From Xylographa opegraphella (taxonomy: Eukaryota): DNA of 64,000 nt. The position numbers were made by a program, and so were the translations under genes. Within the stretch, counting starts at the first letter, position 1. The number at the start of each line of letters is the position of its first letter. The notes below the pieces were generated by a model that was given only the letters and a program-made list of their open reading frames with translations, was not told the origin of the DNA and did no database searches. Shown piece by piece: positions 39,905 to 52,598 of the stretch. Location of the stretch: positions 186,001-250,000 of the forward strand of contig JALDZX010000002.1 of the NCBI GenBank assembly GCA_022813865.1, in the 5' to 3' direction.

Positions 39905-41162
39905 TCAAGCGCCCCTCCCAGGCACCACCACCCACCCCGTCCTCACCAGCCCACACAAAAGCATCACCACCGCACACACCCCGCCCCTTGCCTTCGGCGG
40001 ACGCAGCATATTCTCCACCACCAGTAATTCCTGCAATCCAGCGAGAATCAAGCCCCCCGTAGCCATCGAGTCCAGAACAGCCGCCACCACCCCCTCCGCC
40101 ACGGAGCCCCGGACGTACACGTCCCGCAGCAGCAGCCCGGCCCCCATCGCCACCGGCGCCAGGAGCCCATACCCTGCACACAGAACCCAGGGCAACCAGC
40201 TGCGGCGGCGGAACGGCACAGCGCACAGGCGGGCGCCGAGACCGAGCCCGTCGAAGAGCGGGCGCGCGAGGAGTATGCAGAAGAAGTTGCTGGACGCAGG
40301 GTCGATGGTAGCGAGCGCGAAACCGGTGATGAGGGAATGGAGCAAGGTGTGGGACTCGAGCGTTAGGAAGGTGGTGAGCTGCTGGGAGGCGGATAGGACG
40401 CAGGCGGCTCGGTGTTCGTCGGCTGCGTCGTAGGTGGCATAGGCGCTGATTCTTTGCTCATATTCTTGCACGGCTTTGGCGGCGGTGAGCGCTTGGTCGG
40501 GGCCGTGCGGTGGGAAGTGGAGGTTGAGGTGGCTGTAACTGAGAGAATGGTGGAAGGGGATGCGTACGACGTTGTCGCTTTTGTGATTGTGCGGTGCGAC
40601 AATTCGGGTTCCTGTATTATTGTGTATTTGGGGCTGTTGTGGTTTGTCGTGGTTGGCTGAGAGGATGAGCTGGACGCTGAAACTTAGAGTATAGAAGATG
40701 GTGATACACGTCAGTACGCTGGCTGTGTGCCAGAAGCGGGGGACCCGATCGTGTGTGAAGCCCACGTGCGCGCCCATGTCGCTGGAAGGTGGATCTAGTA
40801 GATGGAGCAAGGCGGTGGCGAGGGTAGTGCTTGCGCTGACTTGAAGTTTCGGAACTTAGCATTACTTCTTGGAGGTTGAGCTACAGGTGGCAGCGCCCGG
40901 AATACATACAATAACGGACAAAAAGGAATACATAAACAGGCATCTTCAGTCGTCGAACTCGTTTGGCGACAAGAGGGATGACTGTGACCGACGTGGAGAT
41001 GATGAAGATGATGACGATGAGAGTCCAGACGCTGGAGAAGAAATTGATATTGTTGTTATTGGCATTGGAGGAGAAGTCGAGGTAGTAGGCTGTTAAAGGC
41101 CGACCGTCGGCCGCAGAGTTGAGGTTGCCATACTTTGCATATGAGGGAGTGGATATCGGCAT
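39905..41162 (-). CDS. Highly diverged ZIP-family (Zrt1-like) metal transporter; 2 exons
   Basis: Exon 1 ends …IPLVAKRVRRLKMPVYVFLFVRY; intron 40909-40840 (GTATGT..CTAAG..AAG); then FSASTTLATALLHLLDP, LLHSLITG, FDGLGLGARL and LDSMATGGLILAGLQELL, all collinear with fungal Zrt1 but with substitutions at conserved sites. Confidence 0.78.
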
Positions 41163-42680
41163 GATGGATACACGATATATCGCTTATGCTTCTGGAATCT
41201 GGTGTTTCGCAGTGCAAGATATCGTGCGGTGCAGAATTGAGGAAAAGTTGGGATAATCATCGTGAAGCGAATTCGGTGAAAATGCCGACTTCAAGCAGTG
41301 AATACAGGACAACAAAAAGAGGTCAACCGTGCTAGAGAGGGCATGTAAGTGGAATGCGGATGATATAAGTATGGAGTACAGGAGGTGCCTGCCGAAGTAA
41401 ATTGGAGAAGAAAATATGCCGGCCACAAAATCATGGCGATCTTGCGTCACAGTGTTGAAAATCGAGCTGATTTTCATTATGCCATGCTAGTGAGAATGGA
41501 ATTTTGAGATGTACACAAGATGCTGAACAGGTACTCATGGCCATGGAATTACAGACTCTGTGGCTTTGTAGAGTTTGCAAAGCCACTCCGAACAAGTGGA
41601 GAAGAAAGATTCCGTACGTAGGTCTTGATATGCCAGACCGCTTCCAACATGAACGCACATGTTCTTTGAGTCGGCCCAGAAATGAAATTCAGACGCAAAA
41701 ATCAAGTTCATATTGAGAAACTGATTGTTGTCTCCTTCACGACTTGAGGTCGAGGTCGAGGGATAAAAATTGATCCGTTCCGAAGTATTTCATTGAGCTA
41801 GCCAGTAGCATACTAGCTCAAGTCTTAGGCGAATCCCGACGGCTCTTATCTCAGCGAATGAAGTAAGTCGGCTTGGCAAAAGCTCCATCTCTTACCTCTC
41901 TACGCTATTCCGCACTTCGTATCTCTACTCCACCAGCAGGATCAATATTCCATCTCAACGACACGAAGCTCGTCAAACACACATCAATAACAAGGACGCC
42001 ATCAGAAGAATTATAGGTCTCTGGCGAACAGTGAGCACGCGATGCCGTGTTACGGTACAGAGTTATGCCACCAGCTAGCTCGAGCCTAGAAGACCGCCAG
42101 AAACTCCCCACCATCAAGTTCTGCTGTCAGCGGCACCAATCACCTTCAGCTAATTGCCATTTTCCAACATCCCTTATCTCTCTTACCGAACCAAGTGCCC
42201 CGGACTGGTGGGTGGCAGCAAAGGACCCAGCTGCCGGATCGCCTATCATTATCCACTAAGCTGCAGCTCCAGGCTGTTCCAGGGGACTCGTTCGAGTGGA
42301 CTTCATGCCAGGGAGGAAGCTTATCAGTGCGCCGGGCCACGCTCGCCACGCCAAGATCGTCGTGCGAATGGCATTTCACACAGCGGAACACAGATGCGTC
42401 CCATGTCGGAGCCCGCCACTGCCCGCCAGTGTTCCTGGTCCTGTCTGCTGCAAGTACTTGAACGGGGGAGCCCTGCGTCCGTGTGCTCTTCCCGGTCTTT
42501 GCATGTCGCACATGTGCTTTCGCGATATATACTCTATTTTCACTTCTGCTCTTCCATCGCCGTGACCTCGGGCCTATTGAGACTGTTACTTACTCTATCT
42601 CTCATTGTGGGATCGGAGAGGCTCAGTACAGTCAAGCCAACGACCACTGCACATCCGATAGACAGCAAGGACCCATAGCC

Positions 42681-44453
42681 ATGCTCGACGAGAAGAAGTA
42701 CGGCATCCACGATGGGCCCGTCATGGACGCCGAAAGTGGCTCGCCCGTAGGTGAGAAGAATGGCGGCTACTACGACGACACCGGAGCAGTGCCTGGCGAG
42801 ACCTTTAGCTACGGCAATTCGACGACCGCCAAAATTCAACGCTTCGCGGGAAGGTTCAATATTGAGCAGAGGGGGATCGAGCGAGTGCCCGAGAGTGAGA
42901 GGACGGATAGTAATCTACACAAAGTTGGGACGATGGTATGATGGACCAACGTCTTCCCTGGAAAGCCTCACACCAACTTCAACGCTGACAGGTTCTGGTG
43001 ATAGTGGCTCGCCGCCAACATGGTCGTCTCGTCTTTCGCCATTGGCGCACTGGCCGTTCCCATCTTTGATCTGGGATTCGTCGACGCCCTGCTTACCATC
43101 TTCTTCATCAACATCCTTGGAATCTTTCCCGTATGCTTCTTCTCGACTTTTGGTCCTCGCTTCGGCTTGCGCCAGATGGTGCTCTCGCGGTATTTTTACG
43201 GCTACTACGGTGTCAAGCTCAGTAAGTCGACATATAGACGATTCAATACTCCACCTATAACCCGATTGCTGACCTCTCCTAGTCGCCTTCTTCAACGTTC
43301 TCGCATGCGTTGGATGGTCCTCCGTCAATGTCATCGTTGGCGCTCAGATCCTGAATGCGATAAACAGCAATGTTCCCGGCTGGGCGGGCATCATCATCAT
43401 CGCAGCAGCAACGTTCTTCGTTACTCTCTTCGGCTACAAAGTGGTTCACGCGTACGAGTTCTGGAGCTGGATTCCCTGCTTCATTGTCTTCCTCATCGTG
43501 CTCGGTGAATTCGTCCACTCCGGCCAATTCTCTAATATCCCGATGGGCTTCGGCGAATCCGAAGCCGGTTCCGTCCTCTCGTTTGCGGCGTCCGTCTTCG
43601 GCTTCGCTACCGGCTGGACCTCTTATGCTGCCGACTACACGGTCTACCAGCCTACGAACTCTTCCAAGACGAAGGTCTTCCTATGGACCTTCGCGGGCTT
43701 GATATTCCCGTTGTGCTTCACGGAGATGCTCGGGTTGGCTGTCGTCACGGCTTCTGTCAACAATCCTACTGTTGCCGAGGGTTACGATACCAATATTGGG
43801 GTGCTGCTTGCCTACGTGCTTTCGCCGCTTGGCCGATTCGGCCAGTTCTGCCTCGTTATCCTCGCTCTCAGCATCATCGCGAACAACTGTCCAAACATCT
43901 ACAGCGTCACCTTTTCCCTGCAGGTCATGAGTCGATGGACGGCAGTGGTCCCCCGCTTCATCTGGACCTTCATCGGCACGCTCGTCTACTGCGCGATCGC
44001 CATCCCGGGTTACTCCCACTTCGCTTCCGTGCTCGAAGATTTCATGCTTCTGATCGTACGTTTCTCTCACCCCTTTATACTCCACAGCTTCCATACACAA
44101 CCCCCCCCCCAATACTAATCTCCCTTTCGTCAAAACAGGGCTACTGGCTCGCCATCTACGAAGGCATCGCCCTCACCGAGCACTTCTTCTTCAAGCGCGG
44201 CTTCCCCGGCTACGACATCTCCATCTACCGCGACGCGGCCCGGCTACCACCCGGCATCGCCGCCATCGTCGCCTTCTGCTTCGGCATCATGGGCGCCGTC
44301 CTGGGCATGGCGCAGGTGTGGTTCATCGGTCCCATCGGCACCCTCATCGGCACCGGGTACGGTGGCGACGTCGGTTTCCCGCTCGCGTTCGCGTTTAGCG
44401 CCGTCAGTTATGGGCTGCTGCGGACGCTGGAGAAGGGGTATTTTAAGCGGTAG
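42681..44453 (+). CDS. FCY2: Purine-cytosine permease (NCS1 family, Fcy2/FcyB-like); 4 exons
   Basis: IEQRGIERV, WLAANMVVSSFAIG, GLRQMVLSRY, GWTSYAADYTVY, IIANNCPNIYS, GYWLAIY and GMAQVWFIGPI; introns 42936-43004, 43222-43282 and 44056-44138. Confidence 0.92.
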
Positions 44454-45320
44454 GAGAGAGTTTTGGGAACGGTTAGAGGGGGGGTGGCAGTGGAGAGGGA
44501 ATGGGTGAATTGTATGTTTGGATGTTCTGTGGAGTTTACTGTGTTATTTTTTTGGGACAAAGAATAAAGAATCACGGTTTATCATCTACGCCGATGTGTG
44601 GCTGTGCTGTGATGGACTTGTGACTCGCCCTTGCCCCCCTTCCGCTTACTCGCTACCCTCCGCATCTTCCTTTCCTCGTAGCCCATTAGCCCGAAGGCCG
44701 GGGGAATAGGCTGACGTTTGTGAGTGGGGGTTACGTGGTCGAAAGCTGGCTAGCTGCCTGCCTGCCTGTTGGGCAGGACGGTAGGTATTGGCTATGGGAA
44801 ATGCGCCGGTGGTCTGTGGCGATGCTGTTTTCTGGGGCATTTTCTCTCTTGCTTGGTCGGTGTGGGAACTATATTTATGTTCGGCCGTGGAGGGGTTTAT
44901 GGATTGGACGGGTTTGGGTGGGGGGGGGTTTATGATCGGTGGGTAGGGTGGTGGGAGGTGGGGTGTTGATTTGTTTTATTGTGCTTGATAAAAAGGGCTC
45001 TCCCGAGACATGCGTCCATCGTGCGCGCTCGACACCTTCTGGGACGGGTTGCATGGATAAAGATGGAGACGTCTTGCACGACACATTAATCCTAGGCGAA
45101 GGCTTTGTGGAACAGGGGACTGCGCTGTCTGTTTTGCGGGTTGTTCCATGGTGACAGAAGGCATATCCTATCGTAGAGGTTTCTCACTCCACAAAGGCTT
45201 TGTTTGTTTCATGGTGTCCGCTGAAGGGATTACTTCTGGCATGTTCCTGGAGGGGGCCATGACTTTTCTGGCCTCGGCGTATATAGCCCGTTGGAGCTTC
45301 TTCTGCTGGAGAAGCAAGCT

Positions 45321-45324
<4 letters not shown>

Positions 45325-45359
<35 letters not shown>
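45325..45359. repeat. (TC)n microsatellite
   Basis: About 17 perfect TC units. Confidence 0.95.
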
Positions 45360-45362
<3 letters not shown>

Positions 45363-45584
45363 TGCATAATCCCAGAATTCTGCTTTGGACCGGGCGTTAT
45401 ACGTTGAGCGGCTTTACTTTCCTCTGCACTGCATTACATTATTGTTCAAATACAGGAGAATCACCTCGTGACCTTTGCCGGCTCGTCGGACGGATACAGA
45501 GTACACGGTCCCGTGTTAGCTGCAGAAAGTTGTTCCGTGCTTGTCACTGCTTGGGGCCCAGGCCTGCAGCCGCATTCACGGACG

Positions 45585-46283
45585 ATGAGACGCTCGGGGA
45601 CGCGACTGCTGCTGACACTGAATGGCCACACGGCAAGCGACCTTTTGGATAGAATAGTCCGACATCTCAAAACAGTCCTCACCCACACGGAACGGAAGGA
45701 CGACCCACAGCTTGTGGCGTTCTGCGAGATAATATCGCTGCTGGAAGACGATGCGGATGGTATCGGCTCTGAGCGTTGGAAGGACCCAGAGTACATCAGT
45801 CATTGGTATTGCGCATTCAACAATTTGTTGTTCGACGGCAGTCTCCTGAGACACGCGACACTGGAGATCGAGCAAGAACACCTCTCCATGGAACTCCGGG
45901 TATGTTGGACTTCTGGCACCAACTATAGCCACAGAGTACTTAACCGAATCGATAAGCGCGCAGATCTGGCAGGCGATATGATAAAACAACGGCAAGAGAT
46001 CTTGAAGGACTTGATCCTGCACCAAATGTGCCACGTTGTGTTCCACAGATACGCGTGCTCAGGCACTCTCTGTGAGTTGTCAGTGATGCCGATGGATGGA
46101 GAGAATACTATTGATCATATAGCTGCGCAGGAATTGCTTGTGCGAATGGTCCATGAACAGATTGGCCAGAATTCTATGCTGGCTGAGGCTTTGGGGTTGG
46201 ACTTTCAGACCGACGCTGATGACACTTCGGAGGACGAAGCTGATTCGGAGCTTCCTTGGGACGATACGTGGTTCAAAGATTGA
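45585..46283 (+). CDS. Hypothetical protein, SprT-like zincin fold with an HQxxH variant motif
   Basis: AFNNLLFDGSL followed by LILHQMCHVVF resembles the SprT-like FN..FF.G.L…LLHEMCH pattern; acidic C-terminus; start uncertain (first ATG 45585). Confidence 0.5.
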   Translation: MRRSGTRLLLTLNGHTASDLLDRIVRHLKTVLTHTERKDDPQLVAFCEIISLLEDDADGIGSERWKDPEYISHWYCAFNNLLFDGSLLRHATLEIEQEHLSMELRVCWTSGTNYSHRVLNRIDKRADLAGDMIKQRQEILKDLILHQMCHVVFHRYACSGTLCELSVMPMDGENTIDHIAAQELLVRMVHEQIGQNSMLAEALGLDFQTDADDTSEDEADSELPWDDTWFKD

Positions 46284-46393
46284 GACGATGGACTGCTCGC
46301 ATCATCTTTTTTTGCCACTTGTATAGGTCTTACATATATAGGAAAGTTCCTTTCAGAAGTGTTGAGCTGAACGAACGTTTTCATGTCGAGCTT

Positions 46394-47465
46394 TTAGGCA
46401 TTATCGTCGATAGCCACTGTCCTCCAGCCTTTGCTTGTCTTGACCCTTTCCTCACCCCAACTACGCATTTCCTCGCCTCTTTCACGCATCCCTCTTTCCC
46501 ATAGCTCTCTTAGCCGCCTCAGACCACGTTTGCGATGATCACGAGACTCTTGCTCTCTCTTCATCCGCAAACGAACAGGCACCTCTGGCATATTCAATCT
46601 AACATCCGAGAAGCCTTGCAATGGGGCCTTCCGGCTCAGGTCATCCCCTGGAATGGTGCGTGTATTCGGCCACCATTGGCCGTAATAATACTGGCGCGCA
46701 ATGTATGAGTCATGATTGAGACCGGAAGGAGATATTGAGAGCGAAACCTCGCGTCGCGGTTCAGATGATTTGTTTGCAAGGTGTGGTTTGGGGTAAAAAC
46801 CCTGGTAAGGTGACCCGGCCCCGGAATTTGATGGAGATGTCGGCGAATGAGAAGCCGAGTTTGCACGTAAGTGCGGAAAAGGCCACCATTCGGATCCAGT
46901 AGCTGTAGGGTTTGCTGAGACCGAAGAAGTCGTCGGATCTGGGAAAGTTGTTCCCCATGCGGCAGCATTAGGAGTTTTCGTTATTGGCTCCTTCTCTGTA
47001 CTCCCATCATCCCGTTCTTGAACACCATTCGTCGTCACTTGCTTTGAAAGGTTGTCTTGGTTCGACTGTGTAGAGTCCAGCATCTGAGAGTTAGTGGCAG
47101 TCGTCTTGCCCCTCTCTGTGATATTGCCTGCTGCCCCAAACACGAAGCTCACCGGGCTGGCCTTCATCGCGCTTTCTGCCGCTTCGACATTGCGGTACAT
47201 TGCCAAAGCGCTGTTTGGCGCTGGGGCATGGGGCTCATACTAGACACAACACAGGGTCATGCGTCAATAAGTTATTGAGAGTTCGAAATCAGCAGTAATT
47301 GCGAACCTTGAGATGCTTGAACATAATAACCTCGCCATATCGTTCCAGAACCCGCAGAACCTCGCGACTTTCTGTTATGGTGCGTGGCCGCGGATGGATC
47401 TTGATATGCACTGCACGCCCCACCGAGGATCGAACGGCGGGGAAGGCGGCAGTGCTGGAAGCCAT
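46394..47465 (-). CDS. Conserved-looking hypothetical protein; 2 exons
   Basis: Exon 1 MASST…GRAVHIKIHPRPRTITESREVLRVLERYGEVIMFKHLK; intron 47306-47240 (GTTCGC..TAG) joins in frame to ORF 47206-46394. Confidence 0.75.
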
Positions 47466-48782
47466 GATAGCTGTCAACAATCTTCATGTCGGGCCTTTTG
47501 GGATCTTCTTCCAATACTCCTTAGCCGTGGACGCTCTAACCCCCACGGGTTAGTAGGTTATCTGTCTCGCAGACCTTGCCCCTCCTTAACTTGTAGAGGA
47601 TTAGCGCGCCCTCGGCTGAAGCAGGAGATTCTGCAAGGCCTAACCAGGGAGAGTCAAGCGCAGAAGTCTGATGTTTCAACACCGAAGTTCCGCTGGGAGC
47701 TACAGAGGTACCTTCTTCGGCGGAGCATCACTACAAGACTTCCTAGTAAGACTTTCAAGCAGCTTAACAAATGCTCTGGGATCACGGACACGACCCATTG
47801 AAGGTGCGCGATACGTAGTACGGCTTGCACGCCTGAGAACGGTTCCCCTGGCTATGAATCGAAGACCCTCGGATAGGTACTAAGGTAAGGTACTACGGGT
47901 GTCTGAACGTGCTCCGTGCCTGCCCCTGTGTGGCCGAAACAGCTAGAGTCGGTCTGCTTAAGTAACCTTATTTCTATTCTTGTACTACCTTATACAGTAC
48001 AGTACGAGAGCACCTACTCTATCGCTTAGCGGAGTCGCTGGTCATCTTCTTGAAATGTCGAGAGACGTGGAGCAATGGAGCAATGGATTCGCAAGTAAAA
48101 GCCGACTCGAGGGCAGTGCAATCGTTCTACTGATGGCTAGACTACCATGGATATGAGAGTACTGTACCGGCAGCTGGCTCCTAATATGATCAGCGAAGCC
48201 ATTTGTCGTGCCGTGATGAGTAATAATGGCGTGGTTTATATCACGACACTGCACTCCTTTGGGATACGGTCGAGCATCGGAACCACAATATCATCCTGGC
48301 CCTCTTCTCAACGGCGTCGTTTATTCAGGAAACATGCATGGCTAGGACTGTCAGTCGGCATGGGTCATACGTTTCTCTCTCTGTACCAGCTCCGTGATTG
48401 GACACATGAAAGTCCATTGCTGCGCATGCCAATGCTCATCGAAGCCGTCGATGTCGCGTGGAAGGGTGCCATGCGTGCAGTTTCTGTTCCTGCAGAAAGT
48501 GGTTGACAGGCTTTGTGGCTGTGTCTCATGTACAATCTCATCATCGAGAGCCTTTTACCATCTTGACGCTGCCAAATTCCTTCATAATGCTTCTTTTTCG
48601 GCCATTGTACCTTTCACCGCGTTCCTCGGTATTGCTAAATTGATTGGAACATTGTCCCAATGTCCACTGGCTCCAGAATCCGCGAGTTTCTTTTTTGTAT
48701 CGCATATGCTCTGCAAATCGATGCACTATCCTTCTCAAGTAATCGCCTTTTCATTCACTTTTGACACATACACCGACAGAGA

Positions 48783-51635
48783 TTGACTATTCGATTAGAT
48801 TCCAGCAGCACAATTACATCGGCCGTTGCAGTCTCAACCCATTCGACGCAAACTTTGGGCCCCTTCTTCGACTCGAACACCTCAACTTTCTCTTCAACTT
48901 TGCCTCAGGTCTCTGGGGTCTCGTCTAATGTCTCGTCTACCTATTCACTCGTATCAATAACCTCGGGATCTGGTTTGAGCAATGGCAACGGGACGACTGA
49001 ACCTGGCTATACCGCCGGACCGGCGAATATGACCGAGCCCTTCTCGCCTACCCCAAAAAGCGGAAATGGCGCGCTGCCAGGGACGGCGGTATCAATTGGC
49101 TTGAAATCGTCCACCATTACCGACTTCAAGCAATGTTTAGCAGCACAGAGCTCTTACAATGGATCCTTTGCCCAGTTTACCGACAGTGTGAACTCGGCTG
49201 TACAGGCCGGAGCTTATTCTCAAAGTGTATATGCATCAGCAAATGTCATTACCGAAATTATACCGAAGTACAGCTTCAGCTTGAGCGTCGTTGATACGGA
49301 GACATTTTCCTATGCCTGGACTACTGTATGGACAACAATAATCAAGACAATCTCCATCAGTGCATTGACCACGATTGATACACCGACATTCTCAGGAACA
49401 TATCCTCTCTGTGCCAATACTGGACATACATGCGGCGGCTGTACTATTGAAGCTGCCTCTCTTCAGTTGATATACTGGCCCGTATCTACCGCAGATGGAA
49501 ATCCTAGTTCGACCATATTGTGGAATGGTACTACTCCTCGGGTAGGATTATTCAGCGGAACTCCCTTTACGTCTGGAAGTGTCTACCTGAAATATGCCGC
49601 CGTGTCAGCCGTCAATTCCTGCAGTGTTCTAGGTGGTGGACTTCGTGCCGGACCGATGTTAACGCTCGCTTCTAACGCGATCTCCAGCATGATCGGAGAT
49701 GGTACTCATTTTACAGCATCCCAGAGTTTCAACTACGCCAACCTGAACTATCCATATGAATGGGCAGCTTACACGGATGCCCGTGCAGATTGTTATCCCA
49801 GTGGCAGAGGGTGCCAGTTTGAAGTGGTCGGAGGATATAATCCTTATGTCTCTCTCCCACAGCAGCTCCGTGATCTCGACCCTGCATGGGCTCATTGTAC
49901 GATAGCTCCCGATTCCGGCTCGTGGGATCCTCCATACGCTCTCGACCCGATAGAAGGAACCCTAACGCCACCAAGTCCCATTTATACACAAGGCCCAATG
50001 GCTGGAGCTACTCCGGTATCTCCAACAGTGCAAAACACTTTAGTATCTGTGCCAACAATAACGGTGAACGACAATCTACCTCAGCCAAAACCATGGACAC
50101 CACTACCTGTTCCCGAACCTACACCTGGTAATAACCCGGTACCAGAAAGCCCAAAGGTAGACCCACCGGCGAGCGCAGATCCATCGGCGAGCATGAACCC
50201 CCATCCCGAGAGCCCCTTGCCCTTACCATCTCCACAACAAACTCAGAGCGGCTCTCCGCCCACAAACCTTGTCACTGCTCAACAACCAACACCCGCACCT
50301 GCGGCTCAACCTGGACCAACCATCCCTCCAGTCATTACTTTCCAAGGCACGCCTATCACCGCTGGCACAACCACAGCCTACACCATCGAATCACAGACCC
50401 TAGTCCCAGGGGGACCCGCCATCATCATCTCCTCAGCGACACTCTCTCTCGCTGCATCCGCCACAGCCGTCGCTATTGGAAGTGCCACCATCCCCTTTCA
50501 GCCCCTATCCCCATTGATTCCTCCCAAGATCACTATTGGCAACACGGCTTACACCGCCGATTCGGCCTCAGCCTTCATTATCGGCACCCAAACCCTCGTT
50601 CCTGGTGGCCCTGTAATCACTAATGCTGGAACTGCCATTTCCCTCGCTCCGTCAGCAACAGCCATTGCTATCGGCGATATCACTCTCCCGCTCCAGCCGC
50701 CAAATTCCCTCGCTCCGCAAATAACAATTGGTCCCTCCATCTATACGGCCTCCCTCTCTTCCTTTTTCCTGGTCGGCACTCGGACCCTCCAGCCCGGTGG
50801 GTCCGCTCTTACAATCTCCGGCACTGTCCTCTCCCTCTTCCCATCCGCAACCGCTCTCCTCCTCGCTGGCTCCACTATTCCTCTCAACCCCCCCCTCCCG
50901 ACGGCGTCTTCCGGAGTGCTCACCCTCGGCACCGCCACCTACACCGCAGCTAACAACATGGCTGGCGATTTTGTCATTGGTACACAGACTCTCATCGCCG
51001 GTGGACCAGCACTTACCTTTTCTGGCACCGTCGTCTCCCTCTTTCCTTCTGGAACTGCTCTCGTTGTCGCCGGCTCCACCATCCCACTCTCCTCCCCACG
51101 TCCCACTACGCCTCCTGCAATCCTCACTCTCGGAACCGCAACCTACACTGTAACTACGGACGCGGCTGGCGATCTCGTCATCGGCACGCAAACTCTCACT
51201 CCAGGCGAGGTTATCACCGATGCAGGGACGATACTGTCGTTGGAGCCGGAGGGGACCGCGGCGGTAATTGGAGGGACGCTAACCGTGCCTGTCCCTGGCA
51301 ATGTCGTTACTGATCCGGGAACTGAGACTGCGGGGGTCAGCGGTGCGGTCGTCAGTACCCTGGGAGGAGGTATCACCGGGCTGGGAGGCGTTGTGATGAG
51401 CGAGTATGGGGCAACGCCTACTGGTGAGGTGGGGGCAAATGGGGGATGGACCGCGAGTGGGTCAGGGCAAAATAGGACGGGCGGGATGGCGACGGGGAGT
51501 CCGAGCGGGTCCGAGATTGGGGAGTTTGCAGGCGAGGCGGCGAGGAGGGGCGGGATTTTGGGATCCGGATGGGGAGGCGTGCTGGTTGGGGCCGGCGTGG
51601 GGCTAGCCGTGGCCGTGGGTGTGGGTGGGTTGTGA
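48783..51635 (+). CDS. Ser/Thr/Pro-rich cell-surface protein with a Cys-containing domain, ~65-aa tandem repeats and a C-terminal hydrophobic (GPI-like) tail
   Basis: 950-codon open frame containing CGGCTI..LIYWP..FTSGSVYL..DLDPAWAHC..WDPPYAL, a Pro-rich linker, repeats and a hydrophobic C-terminus. No ATG or signal peptide at the frame start, so a 5' exon is likely missing. Confidence 0.75.
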   Translation: MTIRLDSSSTITSAVAVSTHSTQTLGPFFDSNTSTFSSTLPQVSGVSSNVSSTYSLVSITSGSGLSNGNGTTEPGYTAGPANMTEPFSPTPKSGNGALPGTAVSIGLKSSTITDFKQCLAAQSSYNGSFAQFTDSVNSAVQAGAYSQSVYASANVITEIIPKYSFSLSVVDTETFSYAWTTVWTTIIKTISISALTTIDTPTFSGTYPLCANTGHTCGGCTIEAASLQLIYWPVSTADGNPSSTILWNGTTPRVGLFSGTPFTSGSVYLKYAAVSAVNSCSVLGGGLRAGPMLTLASNAISSMIGDGTHFTASQSFNYANLNYPYEWAAYTDARADCYPSGRGCQFEVVGGYNPYVSLPQQLRDLDPAWAHCTIAPDSGSWDPPYALDPIEGTLTPPSPIYTQGPMAGATPVSPTVQNTLVSVPTITVNDNLPQPKPWTPLPVPEPTPGNNPVPESPKVDPPASADPSASMNPHPESPLPLPSPQQTQSGSPPTNLVTAQQPTPAPAAQPGPTIPPVITFQGTPITAGTTTAYTIESQTLVPGGPAIIISSATLSLAASATAVAIGSATIPFQPLSPLIPPKITIGNTAYTADSASAFIIGTQTLVPGGPVITNAGTAISLAPSATAIAIGDITLPLQPPNSLAPQITIGPSIYTASLSSFFLVGTRTLQPGGSALTISGTVLSLFPSATALLLAGSTIPLNPPLPTASSGVLTLGTATYTAANNMAGDFVIGTQTLIAGGPALTFSGTVVSLFPSGTALVVAGSTIPLSSPRPTTPPAILTLGTATYTVTTDAAGDLVIGTQTLTPGEVITDAGTILSLEPEGTAAVIGGTLTVPVPGNVVTDPGTETAGVSGAVVSTLGGGITGLGGVVMSEYGATPTGEVGANGGWTASGSGQNRTGGMATGSPSGSEIGEFAGEAARRGGILGSGWGGVLVGAGVGLAVAVGVGGL
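50331..51290 (+). repeat. Five degenerate ~190-200-bp coding repeats
   Basis: Units of the form ITIG-T-YTA…F-IGTQTL-PGGP--T-SGT--SL-PS-TA----G-TIPL. Confidence 0.8.
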
Positions 51636-52598
51636 GTTGGTTGGCTGGGAGGGGTTCAGAGGACGGATATATGAAACTCGAAAGAGGGGATTGGGAATGG
51701 GAGTTGGACGACCGAGGATGGGAGGGATGCGATTAATGAAGGGAGGATATTGAACGAAAAGACGTGTTTGCATGAAAGGCACGACGGGACGCGCGCAAAA
51801 TATATCGAAGCGGACGAAGCTACCCCAACCTCCGGCTTGTCGATGCTCAGCATTCGACCGGTCACAAGAACATGAAGAAAAGAAAAGCAGAGGCTCACGG
51901 GACCAGGACCGGGCGTTTCAGGGAGAAGTGTAGGGTTTGTATGGGCAGCATGCGGCAGTGGCGAAGACTGTTTTCGATTGAGTAGGTTACGAGTTTTACT
52001 TCTCTTATGGATATATATGTAGATAGATAGATCAGATTTTTGTAGATTGATATACATATACCATAACAAACGGAGCTTTCCCACCTCTCATTCCCGTTGG
52101 CGCGAGCTTTTCTTTCCCACGGGCCCAAAGCCGTTCGAAGGGATCGAGCTCCCGTCCTGGTCCACACACACACACAGACAGAGGTTCCATGACTGCCCGC
52201 AATAAACCAATCGTGTTTTATTCCCCGTGTTTCGTGGTTCCTGTTGTCACCACACCTTTCCCGGTCTCGTGGTTCCTGTGCTCTCCGCCATCCGGTGTGC
52301 CCACTGCTATATACGTGGGTATGCCCCGTCCCTCCCTCGGCACCCTGTCCGAACCAAAGGCGCCTGGGTTTCATTTCGCACTGTCCATGGCCGGCGCGCC
52401 GCCGCCACAAAAAGAAGAAAACGCCATCATACCCCTTTCCACCCGTTCATACGAAGCTGGGGGAAAAAAAAAGAAAAGAAAACAATCTCGAACCCGTCGT
52501 CACCGACCAGGCCTGGTGTGTACTGGCTAAGCTCAACCCTCTCGCCGACACTACCGGGGTACCAGAGCACGCACCCACATAACCCCAAGTAGTCCACT

